Both the position numbers and the translations under genes were made by a program. This document shows positions 19,984 to 31,365 of a stretch of 64,000 nt of DNA, one piece after another; positions within the stretch are counted from its first letter, which is position 1, and each line of letters starts with the position of its first letter. Under the pieces are notes generated by a model. That model was not told where the DNA came from and searched no databases. It was given only the letters and a program-made list of their open reading frames with translations. This stretch comes from Gemmatimonadales bacterium (GTDB taxonomy: Bacteria; Gemmatimonadota; Gemmatimonadetes; Gemmatimonadales; GWC2-71-9), in assembly GCA_965249575.1 (NCBI GenBank), contig OZ252244.1:3264001-3328000 (forward strand). The letters are read 5' to 3'.

Positions 19984-21026
19984 GCGACTCGGGTCCGGGC
20001 CTGGATCGGATCCTCACTCCCGTGTTCCGGGGGTGGAAGACGATTACGTGGTGGGTAGCTGGGGTGTGTATACCGGTGCTCATCCTTGGTCTGATCGGCG
20101 GCCATCGCTTCGAGGCGACGGCGTCGCTGTCCACCGTAACGACCGGCCGCTCGATATCCGCTTCGGGCCTAGCTGCCGCGTTCCTCGGGGCGCAGACCGG
20201 AGGTGGAATTCAGTTGACCCCAGCGTTCGTCGTAGAGTTGGCACGGATGGACGGGGTGCTCTACGCCGTGGGCACATCCCGTGATCTCTCCGCCGACGGG
20301 GCACGCGTCATCGATCTCCTGGAGGACGCGGACTCCGGAGGGGTCGAGGACCACACCATCGTCCGCAAGATGCTTGGGTATGTCACGAGCGAGTTCGACG
20401 GCCAGACGGGAATCATCGACCTCACCGTCCTCCACCGGGATAGCGCGCTGGCGCGAGCCGTCCTGGAACGGGTCATCGATGCCGTCAGCGTGACGTTCCG
20501 CGACGCATCTCGGTCTCAGGCCCGGCAGATCCGGAAAGCCCAGAAACGACGAGTCGACTCCGCACAGGCGCAGCTGCGGCGCGCTGAAGAAGATTTGGTG
20601 CGCTTTACGGCGGCCAATCGCCTCATCGCGCCCCACTCCGAAGAATACGTCCTTCAGCAGAACATTCAACGTGCGGTCACCATCGCTCAAACTGTGTACA
20701 TGCAGGCGCTCACCGACCGGGAAGCCGCGCTCTCGAAAGAGTTGGAGGAGACGCCCGCCGTGGTGGTTCTCGATCCACCCCCCCCGCAGTTGCCCCGCGC
20801 ACCCCGGGGTCTCCTGATCCGGCTCTTCATGCTCACCATCGTCATCGTCGTCACCATCGGATCGTATCTCGTGCTTCGTGACAAGCTGAGGCGTGCCTAC
20901 GCGAAGCCGAACGAGCAGCGAAGCCCGGCCTTTGAGGCGCTGCTCGATATCCCGTTGGCCGGCCCGATCATAAAGCGGATGGGGAGTCGCCCTGCCAAAC
21001 GCCTCACGCCGGGTGTCCACGACTAG
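19980..21026 (+). CDS. Wzz/GNVR-like polysaccharide co-polymerase
   Basis: Two terminal TM segments, central coiled coil, VLDPPPP before second TM. Confidence 0.7.
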   Translation: MSDSGPGLDRILTPVFRGWKTITWWVAGVCIPVLILGLIGGHRFEATASLSTVTTGRSISASGLAAAFLGAQTGGGIQLTPAFVVELARMDGVLYAVGTSRDLSADGARVIDLLEDADSGGVEDHTIVRKMLGYVTSEFDGQTGIIDLTVLHRDSALARAVLERVIDAVSVTFRDASRSQARQIRKAQKRRVDSAQAQLRRAEEDLVRFTAANRLIAPHSEEYVLQQNIQRAVTIAQTVYMQALTDREAALSKELEETPAVVVLDPPPPQLPRAPRGLLIRLFMLTIVIVVTIGSYLVLRDKLRRAYAKPNEQRSPAFEALLDIPLAGPIIKRMGSRPAKRLTPGVHD

Positions 21027-22295
21027 GTGATCGGCCGGACGCCGCAGGAAGCGGCGGCATCGGAGATCGAGCCACTCGGTCCCGGCTCGGCGACCCCGCA
21101 GAACCCCGCGCCGTCGGTGCTCCACGTGATCACCGGGCTCCAGACCGGTGGGGCCGAGATGATGCTGTTCAAGCTCCTGGCCTCCGCCGGCGCCGGCCCC
21201 TTCGGTCACCGAGTCCTCGCGCTGTCCGGCACGGGGCCGGTTGGAGACCGAATCGCGGGGCTAGGCGTGCCTGTGGCCGCGCTGGGGATCGGCGGGCCGC
21301 TGCCGTCGCCTCGGGCCTGTGCCCGCTTGGTGCGGGAGGTGCGTGGGGCTCGAGCCGGTCTGATCCAGGGCTGGATGCCGCATGGGAACCTCGCCGCGCT
21401 CATTGGGGCTGGCTGGGCGCGGACCAGAAGTCCCGTCGTCTGGAGTATTCGGAACGCGCTCTACGACCTCACACATCAGTCACGGACCACTCGATGGCTC
21501 ATTCGGGCGTGCGCCACCCTGTCTAGCAAGCCGGCGGCCATCGTATACAATTCCCGGGTCTCCGCGCAACAACACAGTGCGTTCGGCTACGACGCGACGA
21601 GGGCCACAGTCATACCGAATGGCTTCGACTGCGATCTCTTTCAACCGAGCCCGGCCAGGCGCCATCGCCTACGGGCTGAACTCGCAATATCCGACCGCGA
21701 CGTCGTGGTCGGTATGGTAGCACGCTATCACGCAGTGAAGGATCACGTTACTTTCCTGCGAGCTGCGAGGCACGTGCTCGAGGCACACCGTTCCGTGACC
21801 TTCGTTTTAGCGGGCCGCGGAGTGGACGCGGCGAACGAGGAGTTGGGCGCACAGCTCACTGCGCTCGGGATTGGGGACCGGGTTCGCCTTCTTGGCGAAT
21901 GGCGTGACGCCCAAGGCCCTTACGCTGGGATGGATATCGCCGCACTCAGCTCGTACACCGAGTCGTTTCCCAACACGTTGGGCGAGGCGATGGCGACTGG
22001 TGTACCCTGTGTGGCGACCGCCGTTGGCGACGTCTCATGGATCCTCGGCGATACTGGGCGCACCGCGCCTCCGAAGGACCCCGCACGACTAGCCGAGGAG
22101 CTGCTTGCGCTCATACGCGTCGGCCCGGACGGCCGCCGGGAGTTGGGCCGGAAGGCGAGAGCGCGGGTACAGTCGGCATTTTCGTTGTCGGCGGTCGCCG
22201 CTCAGTACGGACGTCTGTACTCCAGGGTCCTGAATGCGTGCGATCGTGCGATGTTGAGTAGCCCGGACAAACCACTGTCGAAGGGCGCCTCATGA
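21027..22295 (+). CDS. GT4 glycosyltransferase
   Basis: GGAEMML, IPNGFD, ESFPNTLGEAMATGVP. Confidence 0.9.
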   Translation: MIGRTPQEAAASEIEPLGPGSATPQNPAPSVLHVITGLQTGGAEMMLFKLLASAGAGPFGHRVLALSGTGPVGDRIAGLGVPVAALGIGGPLPSPRACARLVREVRGARAGLIQGWMPHGNLAALIGAGWARTRSPVVWSIRNALYDLTHQSRTTRWLIRACATLSSKPAAIVYNSRVSAQQHSAFGYDATRATVIPNGFDCDLFQPSPARRHRLRAELAISDRDVVVGMVARYHAVKDHVTFLRAARHVLEAHRSVTFVLAGRGVDAANEELGAQLTALGIGDRVRLLGEWRDAQGPYAGMDIAALSSYTESFPNTLGEAMATGVPCVATAVGDVSWILGDTGRTAPPKDPARLAEELLALIRVGPDGRRELGRKARARVQSAFSLSAVAAQYGRLYSRVLNACDRAMLSSPDKPLSKGAS

Positions 22296-23233
22296 ACGGC
22301 TTAGTCCTCGTGACCGGCGGAGCAGGGTTCATTGGGAACAACATCGTTCGCGTACTGCTGGAACGAGGAGTGCGAGTTCGCATCTTCGACAACTTTTCGA
22401 CCGCCCACCGCGAGAACGTCGCCGACATCTTCGAGCAAATCGAGCTCGTTGAGGGCGATCTGCGGTCGATCGACGCATGCCGGCGCGCTGTAGATGGGGC
22501 GACGTTCGTCCTGCATCAGGCCGCGTTGCCGTCGGTGCCCCGCTCGATTGAAGACCCCCATACGACACACGAGGTGAACGCGACGGGCACGCTGCACATG
22601 CTTATGGCGTCTCGGCGCGCAGGCGTAAAGCGTTTTGTGTACGCGTCGAGCTCCTCGATTTACGGGCCCGAGCCAAAGTTGCCGCGCAGTGAGAGCGATC
22701 GTCCGCATCCCATCTCGCCATACGCGGTCTCGAAGTTGTCCGGAGAGCAGTACTGCACCGCGTTCTGGCGATCCTACGGTCTCGAAACCGTCGCCCTCCG
22801 CTACTTCAACGTGTTCGGCCCCCGGCAGGGGTGGGACTCCCCCTATGCGGCGGCGCTTCCTCGTTTCGTTCATGCGCTTCAGCGAGACGAGCGCCCGAAG
22901 ATCTTCGGGGACGGGAAACAAACTCGTGACTTCACGTTTGTTACCAACGTCGTGAACGCCAACCTGATGGCGCTCGAAGCGCCGTCGGCTCCGGGAAATG
23001 TGTACAACGTCGGCGCTGGCCAGCAGACGTCGATCAGCCAACTCCTGGATTACATCATGGACGTCATGGAACGGCGGTGCGAGCCGGAGCTCCTTCCGCC
23101 GCGCGCTGGAGATGTGCGAGACTCGCTTGCCGACGTGACCCGAGCGATCGAGGATCTGAAGTATGATCCGGCTGTATCGGTCAGGGAGGGTCTCAGGCCC
23201 ACTGTCGAGTGGTTGACCAACCACCGGTCTTAA
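22292..23233 (+). CDS. SDR nucleotide-sugar 4-epimerase (WbpP/GalE-like)
   Basis: TGGAGFIG, HQAALPSVPRS, YAVSK, RYFNVFGPRQ. Confidence 0.9.
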   Translation: MNGLVLVTGGAGFIGNNIVRVLLERGVRVRIFDNFSTAHRENVADIFEQIELVEGDLRSIDACRRAVDGATFVLHQAALPSVPRSIEDPHTTHEVNATGTLHMLMASRRAGVKRFVYASSSSIYGPEPKLPRSESDRPHPISPYAVSKLSGEQYCTAFWRSYGLETVALRYFNVFGPRQGWDSPYAAALPRFVHALQRDERPKIFGDGKQTRDFTFVTNVVNANLMALEAPSAPGNVYNVGAGQQTSISQLLDYIMDVMERRCEPELLPPRAGDVRDSLADVTRAIEDLKYDPAVSVREGLRPTVEWLTNHRS

Positions 23234-23332
23234 CGAGCATGCGATCGCTCGGCGGGGCGTTGAGGGGGACCCGAGCGATTTCGTGAAAAGGGCGATGCGC
23301 CGAATCCGACACCTTCCCCGAGCCGCTGAACC

Positions 23333-24604
23333 GTGACGCTCCCCCAACGCCGACAGGCCGCCTCATCCGGAGAAGTGACGCCGTCGCCGTCAGCCGCATC
23401 TGCCGGTGTCCCGGTAGCTCCGAAACTCCTTTTGTTCGTAAGCGAGGACTGGTATTTCCTCTCCCATCGACTCGCGCTGGCGAAGGCCGCACGCGCCGCC
23501 GGGTACGAGGTGGTTGTGGTCACCCAGGTCACCGACTACGCCGACCGAATCCGGGGCGAGGGCTTTTCGCTCAGGGAAGTCCGGTTACGCCGGGGCGGGA
23601 CCAATCCTCTCCAGGAACTCCGGACCGTGGCGCAGCTCGTGCGTATCTATCGCAGGGAACGGCCTGATATAGCACACCACGTCGCGATCAAGCCCGTCAT
23701 CTATGGGTCCGTGGCCGCCGCACTGGCCGGCGTGCCGAGGACAGTGAACGCCCTGATGGGTCTGGGATACGTCTTCATCTCCACGGACTGGACCGCTCGG
23801 CTCCTGCGGCCGCTGCTGACCGGTGCCTTTCGGATCCTCCTCAATCGACGCGGTGCCCGCGTCCTCCTGCAGAATCCGGACGACCGGGAGTTTTTGGCTG
23901 GGATGCGTTTGGTCGCGGTCTCCGACGTCTCGATCGTGCGGGGGTCGGGGATCAATCTGGATGAGTTCACACCGCGGCCCGAGCCCGAGGGCGACCCGGT
24001 CGCGCTTCTGCCGGCACGCATGCTGTGGGATAAGGGTGTTGGCGACTTCGTCGAGGCGGCCCGTATCTGCCATAAACAGGGAGTCCGGGCACGGTTCGTT
24101 CTGGTGGGTGACACGGATTCGGCAAACCCGGCGTCGATTCCTCCGGATCAATTGACGGCATGGGCGAAGAGCGGTGTGGTGGAGTGGTGGGGGCACCAAC
24201 AGGACATGGTCTCGGTCTACGCCCGGTGCTCGGTGGTCTGCCTGCCGTCCTACAGGGAGGGGCTTCCCAAAGTGCTCCTCGAAGGAGCCGCGAGCGCGCG
24301 CGCGATCGTTGCCACCGACGTCCCCGGTTGCCGAGAGGTCGTCCGTGATGGTGAGAATGGAAGGGTGGTGCCGGCACGAAACCCAGACGAGCTGGCCGCA
24401 GCCCTGAGGCAGCTACTGGAGAATTCAAACGATCGAAAACGTATGGCGCGCCGGAGTCGCGAGATCGCGGAGCAGGAGTTCGGGATCGATCGGGTAGTCG
24501 GTGCGATATTGGGCATCTATCGCGAACTGGGTGTCACGCCGAGTCGCGCCCGGAGCGAGCGGACTGAGGCTCCAGGCGAGGGAGGCGGACGCGTTACCGC
24601 CTGA
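23333..24604 (+). CDS. GT4 glycosyltransferase (CapM/PglA-like)
   Basis: DWYFLSHR, RMLWDKG, SYREGLPKVLLE. Confidence 0.9.
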   Translation: MTLPQRRQAASSGEVTPSPSAASAGVPVAPKLLLFVSEDWYFLSHRLALAKAARAAGYEVVVVTQVTDYADRIRGEGFSLREVRLRRGGTNPLQELRTVAQLVRIYRRERPDIAHHVAIKPVIYGSVAAALAGVPRTVNALMGLGYVFISTDWTARLLRPLLTGAFRILLNRRGARVLLQNPDDREFLAGMRLVAVSDVSIVRGSGINLDEFTPRPEPEGDPVALLPARMLWDKGVGDFVEAARICHKQGVRARFVLVGDTDSANPASIPPDQLTAWAKSGVVEWWGHQQDMVSVYARCSVVCLPSYREGLPKVLLEGAASARAIVATDVPGCREVVRDGENGRVVPARNPDELAAALRQLLENSNDRKRMARRSREIAEQEFGIDRVVGAILGIYRELGVTPSRARSERTEAPGEGGGRVTA

Positions 24605-26150
24605 GCGCTATGATCAGTGTGGCCGTGGCGGCGAGGATTTGGACGAGTGAGGGAAGCAGGGTCGCGAACGGTATCCCCCCGACTCCCGCAGGCTTCTGGG
24701 GTACGACAATCACCGCTCCGGGCTCGGGGCGCTCTCCGTTCTGAATGATCCCGTTTGGTTGCTCGACGTACACGCGACTCTTGTCTGCCGCTCGAGTGTA
24801 TCCGCCCGCGGCCTCGACGTAGTGACCGACGCCGGCGCCGGGTCGGTAGGCGACGCTGGCCGGTGCGTACACCGCTCCTTCCACTCTGACGACTGGATTG
24901 AGAGATGGTACGTGGATCGAGTCGTCCGCAATGAGCACCAGATTGTCCCGAAACGACGGATCCCGGACGACGCGGGGCAAGTCGATCCCAATTCTGCCGG
25001 CCGATCCCTCTTGTCGGTGGAACGTGGCACCGTTCGGGTACGCCTGAGGTGTGAATCCGCCAGCACGCCGAATGACGCTCGAGAGGCGTTCGTCCTTCGT
25101 CAGCAACGTGTACGTTCCCGGGTAGCGCACTTCGCCACTGATCGTGACGTTCGCCTGCGGCCGCCAGCCGGGTTGGCGTCGAAGGAATACTTGGTCGTTG
25201 GGGTTGAGTTGAATGCTGGGCGCGTTTCGGGTACCGGTGCGACGTCTAACGTACCCCGTTTCATCCACGATAAAACTGGAGTCGAGCGGGATGCGAAGCA
25301 CGACGGCGAGCGAGTCGCCGTCGGAAACGGGCTCCGATGCGAGGCGCGCCACCTCCGCTACGGTGAGATCGGCATCGTCGGTGAGGCCGCCGGCCATGAG
25401 CACTGCGTCTCGAAGCGTCATCGAGTCGGCGAACGCGTACGCGCCCGGATTTCGTACGGCTCCGTGTACCGTGACCTGCCTCGCGGACCGAAACGATGTC
25501 TCGGCATACACGGTAACCTGATCGAATTCCTGTAGCGTGAGGTTGTCACCGCCGCTCGGTGTGCCATCGGCGTCGAGCGCGACGCCGATCAGCCGGGTTG
25601 TCTGGTCTTGGAACGTTCGAAGAATCTGCACCCGGCCCCCGTACGAGTCGGATCGCAGGCCACCGGCCACCGCGAACAGATCAGACAGCCGCGCCGATCT
25701 CTCCAGAGAATAGGTACCTGGCTGCCAAACGGCGCCGCGAATCGTCACCGCGTTGCGGGTTGGTCCCTGGATGGAAAAGACCGTGATGCTGTCGCCCGCG
25801 AGGATCGGGATCTCGGGCCCCGTAGAGTCGAGCGCCACTCCGAGATCGACGGTCACCACTGAGCGCGCGCGCCCCGGCGCGGGCCGCTGGTCCGGCGGCA
25901 GGACGCGCGAGATCGTTACCGCTTCGGTGGCTGCAAACGGAGTCAACCCGCCCGCCATCTGGACCAGACGGCGCAATCCCTCGCCCGGCTTGAGCTCGTA
26001 GATCGCCGGTCGGGTGACCTCACCGGTGATTCTGGCCCGCGGTCCTCGAATGGGTACGAAGACGACGTCCCCCGGATTGTAGCGGGACATCGTTTCGCAC
26101 GATCCCCCTGAGCAGGTAGTCGTATACGTCGACGGTCGCAACGAGCACGG
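24594..26150 (-). pseudogene. second SLBB polysaccharide export protein, lacking its N-terminus, frameshift near 26070
   Basis: VDVYDYLLRG..GDVVFVP joined across a homopolymer indel; several SLBB repeats; begins directly at the end of a GT4 gene. Confidence 0.75.
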
Positions 26151-27363
26151 TTCCGGATGCGTCCCTTGATGACCCGCGAGACATCCCGCGCGAACCCGCG
26201 CGCTGAGAAGCGAGTTTCGGCCCGGGTCCGTCCTGCCTGGCCGATCGACCGAAGGTCCCGACAACGGAGTCCCGAGAACTGCCTGGAGCGCGGCGCTCAA
26301 CGCCGGCGGGATCCCGGGGGGGTACGAGCCAACCACCGGCGACGCCACCACCCACCTCGCCGGCCAGGATTTCCAGCGGCCCGCCCTCACCGGTAGCCAG
26401 CACCGGGACTCCGCAGGCCATCGCTTCTAGGATGACCCTCCCGAACGGCTCGGGACGCAGAGAATAATGGACGGCGAGGTCGAACTCGGGGTATACTAGC
26501 TCGATGCGTCGCTGAAACGGGAGGAGGTGGACCCTTGGCAGTACCCCAGCGGTCCCGGCGCCCCGCTCCCGCGCGACGCGCTCCACGAGCATCTTCCCAA
26601 ACCGCCGCTCGGCGACCGTGTCGTAAATACTTCCACCGACGAGGACGAGGTGAACGCTCGGGGTGTCGGCGTGGAGGCGGCGAAACGCATCGAGCACTTC
26701 GAGCTGCCCCTTCCAGCGCGCGAACACCGCGGGCATCCCAATCACGCGGTGCCCGTGCGGAATCCCCAGCCGGTCGTGTACCCAGAAACTACGTGGACGG
26801 GGCTTGAACCGGTCGAGGTCCACGCCGTTGGGGATCACGGAAAGCGTGGCTCGTCCACCGGTGGTCCACGCCCTTCCAGCGGCCTCGCTGTTGGCGATGA
26901 GCCGGTCAGGCACCCGCCGGGCCAGCAGCTTCCAGGCTGGCCCGGTCACGCGCGGCGGGAACTCGTGGAGATGCCAGACCACGGGTCGATCCCGCCGAAA
27001 CGCGGTCGCGAGGTGGGTCTTGAAGGAGACCGAGTAGACGGCATGGGCGGTCCTCCAGAATTCGTGGCCCGACGCGTGCTGTGCCCAGCGAGCGAGTCCG
27101 AACACGGCGAACGGGGCCGACCAGAGGTGACCGGTGCGTTGCGACCCCCTCAAGACGTATCGAGGTGCCGGAAGAACGTCCGTCGGCACGCCCAGCTCGC
27201 GCAGAATGCCGACGAGCGGTCCGTCGCGGGGAGTAATGACCCCGAGAACGATGTCATGTTCGAACGCTCGAGCGGCAAAGTCGATGAACACTCGCTCCGT
27301 TCCGCCGAGTTCCGCGGAGGCCGCGAGTGCCACGACTCTCGTTGCCTCGCTAAGCCCTGACAT
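26150..27363 (-). CDS. GT4 glycosyltransferase, frameshifted 3' end
   Basis: GGTER, IPNGVD, WKGQ, EPFGRVILEAMACG; C-terminal helix spread over different frames. Confidence 0.8.
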
Positions 27364-27672
27364 GGTCTCGATAGACTGCTGCGGTCAGGCGCGCCGTCTC
27401 GCGCCAGCTGAACCGCCTCGCGTGCACGCGACCGCGGGAGGAAAGGTCCGCCCGCCATGACGTATCCGCGGCCAGTTTCTCGAGCACCTCGCAGTAGGCC
27501 TCCGCCGTGCCCTCTTTCACGATGATACCCGCGCCGCCCGACACTTCGGCCAACGCACCAGCCCCCGAGGTGACGACGGGAAGACCAGATGCCATTGCTT
27601 CGAGCACGGGAAGACCGAAGCCCTCAAAGTGGGACGGGAATAGCAAAACGTCCGCGGCCCGGTAGGCAATCC
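27350..27672 (-). pseudogene. GT4 glycosyltransferase C-terminal fragment
   Basis: YRAADVLLFPSHFEGFGLPVLEAMASG..FSWRETA; similarity ends near 27672. Confidence 0.8.
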
Positions 27673-27674
27673 GA

Positions 27675-27948
27675 TGGTGAGCTCGCGGTCTGGCAGTACG
27701 CGGACGCCACCGTGCGGTATCTCTACCCGCCGGTGCTGGGCGATCCTGACCTCGACAAGCTGCTTGCAGCCCTCGAGAAGGCCCCGCAGGGTCTGACCCG
27801 CACCCGGGTATACGCACTGTTCAATCGAAACAAGCGGTCGGAGGAGATTGATCGCTTGTTGGCGACGGTGGTACGGAGTGGGCGGGTTGAAGTGGCAGAC
27901 CAAAAAACGGGAGGACGACCAGCCCAGGTCTGGAGGCTCACGACGTGA
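27675..27948 (+). pseudogene. C-terminal fragment of a mobile-element replication protein (DUF3987-like winged-helix tail)
   Basis: AVWQYADAT..GLTRTRVYALFNRN..TGGRPAQVW; precedes HTH and integrase genes. Confidence 0.5.
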
Positions 27949-28226
27949 GCAACAACGCGCTCCCGTTCCCGGTGCCGGTGCCCCCTCCCAATCGCGGGCG
28001 CATGCTGTCGGCGAAACAGGTCGCAGCCGATGTGTTCAACGGCACCGTGTCAGAATCCTGGGTAAGACGTAACTTGCCGGGAAAGATCCGGCTGGGACAC
28101 TCGACCGTGGTCTGGTGGGAACTCGACGTGCGCCACTGGCTCGAGGCACGGTCGGTTGCACACTCCTCTTGCCCTCCCGACGCTAAGGGAACAAATTGTG
28201 ACATCACCTCAACAGGGACTGCGTGA
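27945..28226 (+). CDS. AlpA/excisionase-like DNA-binding protein
   Basis: MLSAKQVA..SESWVRR..GKIRLGHSTVVWWELDVRHWL. Confidence 0.65.
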   Translation: MSNNALPFPVPVPPPNRGRMLSAKQVAADVFNGTVSESWVRRNLPGKIRLGHSTVVWWELDVRHWLEARSVAHSSCPPDAKGTNCDITSTGTA

Positions 28227-28449
28227 CGTGGTGGCCGATGCTCTGAAAGCCGCAACGCCGAGCCTCAAGGAACTGGCCGATGAGGTCGGGGTGTCCTATC
28301 AACTCCTCCGGCAGTTTGCCGGGGGACACCGGAACCCCCCGCCTCCGGTCGCCCGCGCACTGGCGAAAGTGCTCCGGGGTCATGCCAAGCGGCTCCAACA
28401 GGAAGCGGCCCACCTCTCCCGCGCAGCCCGCATACGAAAGGGGGAGTGA
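28156..28449 (+). CDS. HTH (XRE-like) regulator
   Basis: SLKELADEVGVSYQLLRQFAGGHRNP; start uncertain. Confidence 0.65.
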   Translation: MHTPLALPTLREQIVTSPQQGLRDVVADALKAATPSLKELADEVGVSYQLLRQFAGGHRNPPPPVARALAKVLRGHAKRLQQEAAHLSRAARIRKGE

Positions 28450-29542
28450 TGTCACACCGGGTTTCGCTGCACGGCTCCTATCGGATCGACCGACGCTTTC
28501 GCGGCGTGGGGCGGATTGCGGTCGCGAGCGGTGCCACCACAAAGGGGGCGTACCAGGATCGCCTTGCCTGTCTCACGTCGCTGTCAAACCAAGGACGGCT
28601 CGACGTGCTCCAGGCAGTCAAGGGCGGTCGGGTGACCGTCACCCAGGTCTACAGTGCCCACAAACGGGACGCGATCGACGACCTCATGGCGTCCCTGAAT
28701 CCGCAGCCTGAGCATGCCGCGTTCTGGCCTTCGGTCTGGGAGTGGCTTGGGCCGGAGGACAAGCGAGGGGCCACCGCCCAGCGGTACGCGAGCACGTTCA
28801 AAAAGCTCGAGCGCATCGGTATGACGGTGGTCAAGGACAAGCAGCGGCGACCCGTTGAAGCGGTGGCCGATCTCGGCTGCGTGGACTGGCCATCGGTCCG
28901 TCAGCGCTGGGTGGGTTCGGCAGCCGACCGCAACCACCTCCGGCGGGCGTTGGGCAAGTTCCTCACCGATCATTTGGGAGACGTCTACGATCCGCTCCGC
29001 CGTATCGTGGTGAAGCGCTTCCGAAGGAAACGGAACGGCCTCGAACACCTGACATCCCGCCGGTCCTGTTCTGGCGCATCGTCCAGGCAGCCCCCGAGCA
29101 CCTGCGAGCCGCTTACGTGACCATCGTGACGCTCGGCCTCCGTGCGGGTGAGTATCTCCGCCTTCGACCCGAACACCTGCACCCGCTCACGCATCAGGTG
29201 ACGATTCCTGGCACCAAGACGGCGGGCTCGGCCGATGTGATCCGCGTCGATGAACGCATGTGGCGCTGGGTGGTCACGGGCGTCCCGTCCCCTGTGCAGT
29301 ATCGCCGACTGTGGGAAGGATGGAAGCAAGCGCTCGTGGCCGCTGGCACGGATCCCTCGCTTCGGCTTCACGATCTCCGGCACTGTTCGGCGCAGTGGGC
29401 CGTGGACGCCGGACTTCCCGAGGCGAGCGTCCAGGTGTTCATGCGACACGCGAGCGCCGACATGACGCGGGCCTATGCGAAGCAGCGGGACAAGGGCATG
29501 GTGTCCCAAGCCCTCGCCGATGTCCTGGTTGGGGCCGCATGA
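28449..29542 (+). CDS. tyrosine recombinase/integrase (single-base frameshift near 29022)
   Basis: GLRAGE, GTKT, LHDLRH, MRH, RAY catalytic set; one extra C in ttccgaag restores KRFPKETERPRTPDIPP. Confidence 0.85.
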
Positions 29543-29740
29543 CTTTCTTCATACTTCTTTCTTCGTACCTGCGGGGGACTCTCTTCTTTCTTCGTAGCGG
29601 AGAAGCGCGAACCGGGAGGGGTGAAACCCACGCGATCAGGTGCGTTCCACAGTATCTTCCACGGTCACGGGGTAGGGTTCAAATCCTCACGAATACCGCA
29701 ATTGCAGAACTATCCAAGCCGATTAGACTTATCTCACTCG

Positions 29741-29814
29741 GGGCCCTTAGCTCAGCTGGTTAGAGCAGCGGACTCATAATCCGTCGGTCGTAGGTTCAAA
29801 TCCTACAGGGCCCA
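29741..29814 (+). tRNA. tRNA with CAT anticodon, most likely tRNA-Ile2 (lysidine); CCA not encoded
   Basis: GGGCCCT/AGGGCCC acceptor stem, TAGCTCAG..GG D arm, CTCATAA loop, GGTTCAAATCC T arm; resembles ileX-type tRNAs. Confidence 0.92.
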
Positions 29815-29828
29815 CTGACAACACCTTA

Positions 29829-29860
29829 CGGCAAGTCGTACAATCACTTACGGCTTGCCG
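29829..29860 (+). terminator. hairpin downstream of the tRNA
   Basis: CGGCAAGTCGTA..TACGGCTTGCCG inverted repeat. Confidence 0.5.
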
Positions 29861-30280
29861 TTCGTCGTTGAGTAGACAGGGAATGGACAGGGAAAAGACG
29901 GGAAAACGCGCAAAAAGTCCCTCACATAATCCCTCACCATTGTTCGTGACGATACTGACACCGGTCTCGTCGTAACACAGCCGTTTCGTAGCCTTACGCC
30001 TGCTTTTCCCGATGAGTCTCACGATTACGATCAGTTACGCGCACTAGCAGCACACTAACTGTTCGCGTGAGCGCTGGTAGCCAAGACGGGAGGCCCGATT
30101 GTCCAGCTGTCGCCTCCACGCCCTCCAAGATGCGCTGGTCGCAGGAAGTGGATTGGGTGGACTGAGTGAGCGTTGGCGCCGGCCCCCCGTTGGCCGAGAG
30201 GTCATGTCACGTTATGGGCGGTCTCAGATGCGTGATGTGTTTTCAGAATAGGTGTTTGCCTCCACGCCCCAGCGTATCAC

Positions 30281-31008
30281 CTACGCTCCCTCTCCGTTGC
30301 GCGAAATTACGTGACCATCGAAGGAAATGATCTTGTATTTCAATCCACGAAGCATCGGCTCTAGTTCGGCACGCTCTTCGCTGGTCGCAAACACTATTTG
30401 TGCGCCTCTCTCACCTGCACTTGCAGCGCGGCCCAAGAGTCCAGCAAGACTCACCCTCTCAGTCTCTTGCTGGCGTGGCTCGTCAAACACAAGCAACCCC
30501 GGATGACCAGAGCACCCAAATTCTAGCGCGGTCTCCAACAGAGCGATCTGGTAGGCCCATTTGAGCCGGATAGCGTCACTAGCAGAGATCTCGAAGCCCA
30601 TCTCAAAGCCTTCGTTAACCGGTCGATAGCTGTCGGGCGAGATGTCTATGTCTTCCGGTCGGAACGTTGAGAAGCCATAAAGGCCAAGCTGCTCCACAAG
30701 GCGAGTCCGCAGCGCGCCCAGTTTGCCGCGATCATCGGGACTCAGTGCGTGAACCGGAAGTCCCTTCAGCTCCGTCATCGCGCTAGCGAAGTCTGCTGCT
30801 ACTTTCGCTAGCTGATTTCGAATCTCCTGGAGACGCTCCGCTATCCGTTCCCGCGTGCGAATACGCTCTTGAAGTACGACGCGCTCTTGAATCGCAGCAG
30901 TCGAGGGACCACTGCCAGGTGCAGTGAGAGAAGTCTTGAGAGTACGAGAGCGGTTTTGTAGTTCTCTGATTTGAGCTCCCACGGCCGTTAGGTTCACTTC
31001 GTACCGCC
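30281..31008 (-). pseudogene. C-terminal fragment of an SMC/ABC ATPase of the ABC-three-component/Lamassu LmuB type
   Basis: Coiled coil, then SASDAIR signature and HPGLLVFDEPRQQ Walker B; no Walker A. Confidence 0.65.
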
Positions 31009-31011
31009 CTA

Positions 31012-31215
31012 CTCGATTCGGGACAAGCCGATTCGTTCTACTACGTGATGCCCTTCATCGAGGGCGAATCGCTGCGGGAGAAACTAAATCGCGAGACGCA
31101 GCTCGGTATCGACGAGGCGGTGAAGATCGTGAGCGGGGTGGCGGACGCCCTAGACTATGCCCATCGCCAGGACGTGATGCATCGCGATATCAAGCCAGAG
31201 AACATCCTGCTCCAT
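31012..31215 (+). pseudogene. Ser/Thr kinase internal fragment
   Basis: YYVMPFIEGESLRE..ALDYAH..HRDIKPENILL, then similarity stops. Confidence 0.85.
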
Positions 31216-31365
31216 CTCGCAGTGAGCGGTACCTTCTCAGGCGAGCCCGCCGCGAGGCGCGACCAGCCAGGCGGCTAATATCGAATGGTTGTCTCTTCCC
31301 GAGAATCATCATCTCGACCGTCGATCGCGGCCTCACAGTCGATGCCACGCACCGCAGAGGTCATC

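Noticed and set aside
26020..27363. GT4-SLBB fusion protein
   Set aside because: The join is surrounded by frameshifts; more likely a misjoin or deletion
28446..29542. Programmed frameshift or split integrase
   Set aside because: A single-base loss in a short C run with no slippery heptamer; similar indels elsewhere suggest sequencing error
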